A stretch of 64,000 nt of DNA, taken from contig DIUU01000002.1 of NCBI GenBank assembly GCA_002423145.1, forward strand, positions 2,194 through 66,193. Direction: 5' to 3'. The position numbers and the translations under genes were made by a program. This stretch comes from Acholeplasmataceae bacterium UBA6150 (lineage in GTDB: Bacteria > Bacillota_I > Bacilli_A > Acholeplasmatales > UBA5453). Shown piece after piece: positions 60,632 to 64,000 of this stretch. How positions within the stretch are numbered: position 1 is the stretch's first letter; every line of letters begins with the position of its first letter. The notes under the pieces were generated by a model. It was not told the origin of the DNA, made no database searches, and saw only the letters and a program-made list of their open reading frames with translations.

Positions 60632-61492
60632 ATGACACGCCAAAGTTTTGTTGAAAACAAGCCTACACTATACCTCATATCTACCCCCATTGGCAATTTA
60701 AAAGACATCACACTCAGAGCACTTGAAACGTTAAAAACGGTTCAAGTGATTTTTGCTGAAGACACCCGCAATACATTAAAATTGTTATCTCATTATGACA
60801 TTTCAAAACCAGTAAAAAGCTATCATGAACACAATAAGAAAAGTGCAGCCATCGAAGTTTTCAAACACTTAGAAAATGGCGAATCTGTGGGATTAGTCAC
60901 CGATGCAGGTACCCCTGCCATCAGTGATCCTGGCTTCGATTTGGTACTTTTGGTTAAGGATCATTTTCCGGTGGTTCCGATTCCGGGTGCGAGTGCGGTT
61001 TTAGCCGCTTTGGTCGCTTCAGGATTGGTGCCTCAACCATTCACATTTTTTGGATTTTTAGACCGTACAACTTCAAAACGTGGACTAGAACTTAAAAAGC
61101 TATCGGGTCTATCACATACCCTGGTTTTTTATGAAAGAGGCGATCGGGTCAAGACAACTTTAGCGGATATGCTGACTGTCTTAGGTAACCGTACTTGTGT
61201 GCTAGCTAAAGAACTCACCAAACAATTTGAGACATTCTATGAAGGCGACATCGAATCTTTATTAAAATCAGACATTCATGAAAAAGGGGAATTTGTAATC
61301 TTGGTATCTGGTAAAATAGAGTCAGCAAACTCAACCGGCGATATTTTAACCGATGTTAAGGAATACGTGTTGCTGGGATATACTGAAAAAGAAGCCATTA
61401 AAAAAGTAGCGAATGAGCTTGGTGTTCATAAGAATGAGGTCTATCAAAAAGTTGTTGAAGCTGGTGGACTTAAGGATGATTCAGACAAATAA
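60632..61492 (+). CDS. rsmI: 16S rRNA (cytidine-1402-2'-O)-methyltransferase
   Basis: TPIGNLKDITLRA, AEDTR, DAGTPAISDPG, PIPGASA, ELTKQFE. Confidence 0.95.
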   Translation: MTRQSFVENKPTLYLISTPIGNLKDITLRALETLKTVQVIFAEDTRNTLKLLSHYDISKPVKSYHEHNKKSAAIEVFKHLENGESVGLVTDAGTPAISDPGFDLVLLVKDHFPVVPIPGASAVLAALVASGLVPQPFTFFGFLDRTTSKRGLELKKLSGLSHTLVFYERGDRVKTTLADMLTVLGNRTCVLAKELTKQFETFYEGDIESLLKSDIHEKGEFVILVSGKIESANSTGDILTDVKEYVLLGYTEKEAIKKVANELGVHKNEVYQKVVEAGGLKDDSDK

Positions 61493-61544
61493 AACCAAAG
61501 ATTTTATAGCGATACTCACCGATTAAAATACATGCATAAATGAG

Positions 61545-61573
61545 TTGTTTTTATGTACCGTATTATATATAAT
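61545..61573 (+). promoter_or_regulatory. metG leader promoter
   Basis: TTGTTT-17 bp-TATAAT. Confidence 0.6.
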
Positions 61574-61579
61574 AAGGAT

Positions 61580-61800
61580 ACAGGCATGGAAGAAGAGAGT
61601 ACGATTGTGATTTTAAGCGAGAGAGTTTGTGGAAGGTGAAAACAAACAGGGCACAATCCGAAGATGACTTCAGAGCTGTTTGGCCGATAGGTAGGCCATA
61701 CCGTGAGCACGCGTTAAGTGTTAGAGGGCTATGGGCAACCATAGAACTAAGGTGGTACCGCGATCTTTTCGTCCTTAGCGTTTTTAAGGACGATTTTTTT
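61580..61800 (+). ncRNA. T-box riboswitch, Met specifier
   Basis: Stem I with AGTA, GAGAG and GGTGAA elements; GAAG-ATG specifier at 61664-61666; T-box AAGGTGGTACCGCG (61749-61762); terminator TCGTCCTTA/TAAGGACGA plus T run. Confidence 0.92.
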
Positions 61801-61825
61801 ACGAAAAAAATGGAGGTAAAAGAAG

Positions 61826-63382
61826 ATGAAAAAACCATTTTATATTTCAACAGCGATTGCGTATGCGTCAGCGATTCCACATGTGGGGAACGTTTATGAA
61901 GCGATTCTAGCAGATGCGATTGCACGCTTTAAAAGACTAGACGGATACGATGTCTACTTTCAAACAGGGACCGATGAACACGGTCAAAAAATTGAATCCC
62001 GTGCGACACTTAAAGGTATCGATCCACAATCCTACACTGATCTAATTTCGAGTGAAATTAAGCGTATATATGCTGAAGTTGGCGTTGAATATGACTATTT
62101 TATCCGTACTACAGATGAAAATCATCGTAAAGTGGTTCAAGCCATCTTCAAAAAACTCTATGACCAAGGCGATATCTATTTAGGTAAATATGCGGGTTGG
62201 TATAGTGTCTCTGAAGAATCATTTATATCAGAAAAAGACATCGTCGATGGTAAGGGACCCAATGGCGACGCGTTGGTATGGACAGAAGAAGAAACGTTCT
62301 TCTTTGATTTGAAAAAGTATCAACCTAGACTGATTGAACATATTCAAAAACACCCAGAATTTATCGCACCAGAATCGCGTAAAAATGAAATGTTAAACAA
62401 CTTTTTAAGCGAACCTCTCCAAGACTTATCGGTGTCAAGAACCTCCTTTAAATGGGGCATTCCAACCTTTGATCCAAAACATGTTATTTATGTCTGGATT
62501 GACGCATTAACAAACTACATCAGTGGGTTAGATTTAGATGAATCCTTAACCCCTTCAGAAAAATTTAAAAAGTATTGGCCAGCGGATATTCACTTGATTG
62601 GTAAAGATATCCTTAGATTCCATACCATTTATTGGCCAATTATGTTGATGGCCTTAGGATTAGAACTACCAAAGACGGTTTTTGGTCACCCATGGGTTCT
62701 CATCGATAAATCCAAGATGAGTAAATCGTTAGGGAACACCATGTATGTCGATGATATTTTAAAACATTTCAAAAAAGACACATTACGATATTATGTACTG
62801 CATGAAATCCCATTCGCTGCTGATGGTAACTTAACGTATGAGTTGCTCATTGAACGCAACAACACAGACTTAGCCAATACCTTAGGTAATTTAGTTAACC
62901 GTACCATTGGTATGGCAAATAAGTACCGTGGTGGGGTCATTAAAAAAGCCAACACACAAAAATCATATGAAATTTCTTTAGTTCAGGCTACTTCAAACTT
63001 ACTTGAACAAGTGCGTTTAAAGATGAATGAATATAAAGTTTCAGACGCGATTGAAGAAATCATGAAGGTATTACGTCAAGCGAATAAATTCATTGATGTC
63101 ACAGAACCATGGAAACTGTTCAAAGATGAAATAGCACAAGCTGAACTCGATGGGGTCTTATATGAACTAATTGAAACCATTCGAATCACTGCGGTTTTAT
63201 TGAGAGCTTTCATTCCAGATACAGCGAATGAAATCTTACGCCAAATCAATAGCACAAAAGATTCATTTGACTCAATTCTTACCTTTGGTGGATTCGAAGA
63301 TAGCACACAACTCAATCCTCCAGTGGTATTATTCGAACGCTATAATCCTCAAGAAAAACTTGAAGAAATCTTAAAAGGATAA
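61826..63382 (+). CDS. metG: Methionyl-tRNA synthetase (short MetRS1 type)
   Basis: PHVGN (HIGH-like), TGTDEHGQK, YVWIDAL, GKDILRFH, KMSKS; Met T-box upstream. Confidence 0.96.
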   Translation: MKKPFYISTAIAYASAIPHVGNVYEAILADAIARFKRLDGYDVYFQTGTDEHGQKIESRATLKGIDPQSYTDLISSEIKRIYAEVGVEYDYFIRTTDENHRKVVQAIFKKLYDQGDIYLGKYAGWYSVSEESFISEKDIVDGKGPNGDALVWTEEETFFFDLKKYQPRLIEHIQKHPEFIAPESRKNEMLNNFLSEPLQDLSVSRTSFKWGIPTFDPKHVIYVWIDALTNYISGLDLDESLTPSEKFKKYWPADIHLIGKDILRFHTIYWPIMLMALGLELPKTVFGHPWVLIDKSKMSKSLGNTMYVDDILKHFKKDTLRYYVLHEIPFAADGNLTYELLIERNNTDLANTLGNLVNRTIGMANKYRGGVIKKANTQKSYEISLVQATSNLLEQVRLKMNEYKVSDAIEEIMKVLRQANKFIDVTEPWKLFKDEIAQAELDGVLYELIETIRITAVLLRAFIPDTANEILRQINSTKDSFDSILTFGGFEDSTQLNPPVVLFERYNPQEKLEEILKG

Positions 63383-63385
63383 GTC

Positions 63386-64000
63386 ATGAGCAATCTATTT
63401 AAGAATAACGAAAAACTCTTTCTTGAATTGCGTGCACTTGCTGCAGTGACGCTATTTACCATCATTTATGGAATCGGTGTTAGCTGGTTCCTCGAAGCGT
63501 CTGCACAACCACTTTATACCGGCGGTATTCCAGGCATAGGCCAGTTGACTAGAAACATCCTAAACGATGATTTTGGGCTCAATCTTGGCAACACTTTTCT
63601 AGGAATATTTATCATGGTGGGGAACATCCCAATTCTTATTTTAGGATGGTTTGGTGTTTCCAAAAGATTCACGATTTATTCGATCATTTCAGTCGTCATT
63701 CAATCCACCATTTTAGGGTTTATTCCTGTATTGGATATGGGAATCGACGATACGTTCGTTTTAGCAGTGATGGGCGGTTTACTCGTTGGTGTTGGCGTCG
63801 GTGGCGCATTAAAATATGGGACTTCAACTGGTGGACTCGACATCATCGCACAATATTATTCACTCAAACACGGCACGTCTGTCGGCTTCATTTCTTTATT
63901 TTTAAACGTGGGGATTGCACTATTTGGTGCGCTCATTTTCGGTAGTGCGAGCGTCGCAGCTTACACCATTATTCGAATCATTGTATCTACCATGGTGACT
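63386..64000 (+). CDS. YitT-family membrane protein (3' truncated; not in ORF track)
   Basis: Hand translation MSNLFKNNEKLF...LYTGGIPGIGQ...NIPILILGW...GTSTGGLDIIAQY, open to the window end. Confidence 0.85.
   Translation, partial: MSNLFKNNEKLFLELRALAAVTLFTIIYGIGVSWFLEASAQPLYTGGIPGIGQLTRNILNDDFGLNLGNTFLGIFIMVGNIPILILGWFGVSKRFTIYSIISVVIQSTILGFIPVLDMGIDDTFVLAVMGGLLVGVGVGGALKYGTSTGGLDIIAQYYSLKHGTSVGFISLFLNVGIALFGALIFGSASVAAYTIIRIIVSTMVT

Noticed and set aside
61516..61925. ORFs 61516-61710(-), 61563-61925(-) and 61627-61899(+)
   Set aside because: They overlap the T-box riboswitch and the metG start, which explain the region
63646..63945. 99 aa ORF in the track
   Set aside because: Out-of-frame shadow of the YitT-family gene that starts at 63386 and runs off the window
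1..64000. Mycoplasma-type TGA=Trp recoding
   Set aside because: Conserved genes read through intact under code 11, the Trp codons checked are TGG, and TGA ends several ORFs at expected positions

Overview
Low-GC bacterial chromosomal window read with the standard genetic code (TGA is a stop; the Trp codons checked are TGG). Protein features and gene order suggest an Acholeplasmatales-type or related low-GC Bacillota lineage, which is an inference. Layout: (1) 1-2.9 kb: partial MarR regulator, ROK glucokinase and a shortened PTS enzyme I; (2) 3.0-17.3 kb: complete S10-spc-alpha ribosomal cluster (rpsJ to rplQ, with secY, adk, map, infA, rpoA; rpmD and rpmJ are missing from the ORF track but present); (3) 17.4-19.6 kb: M3 oligoendopeptidase and an MhqR-like MarR; (4) 19.7-52.5 kb: a ~33 kb amino-sugar glycan utilisation locus. 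It carries nagA, nagB, nanE, a ROK kinase, a NagR-like GntR with seven candidate operators, a phosphodiester glycosidase, a GH20, a double carbohydrate ABC system with NHL/Yip1/DUF5696-type accessory proteins, esterases, a DUF4127-like protein, an FAD oxidoreductase and three paralogues of an uncharacterised enzyme-like family; (5) 52.5-64 kb: trxB/trxA, ecfA1A2T, truA, tmk, holB, ricT, a tRNA methyltransferase, rsmI, Met T-box plus metG, and a partial YitT-family gene. The best candidate for an undescribed system is the NagR-controlled locus, especially the triplicated unknown family. No rRNA, tRNA, CRISPR, transposase or integrase was seen. All family assignments come from motif recognition by eye, not from database searches.
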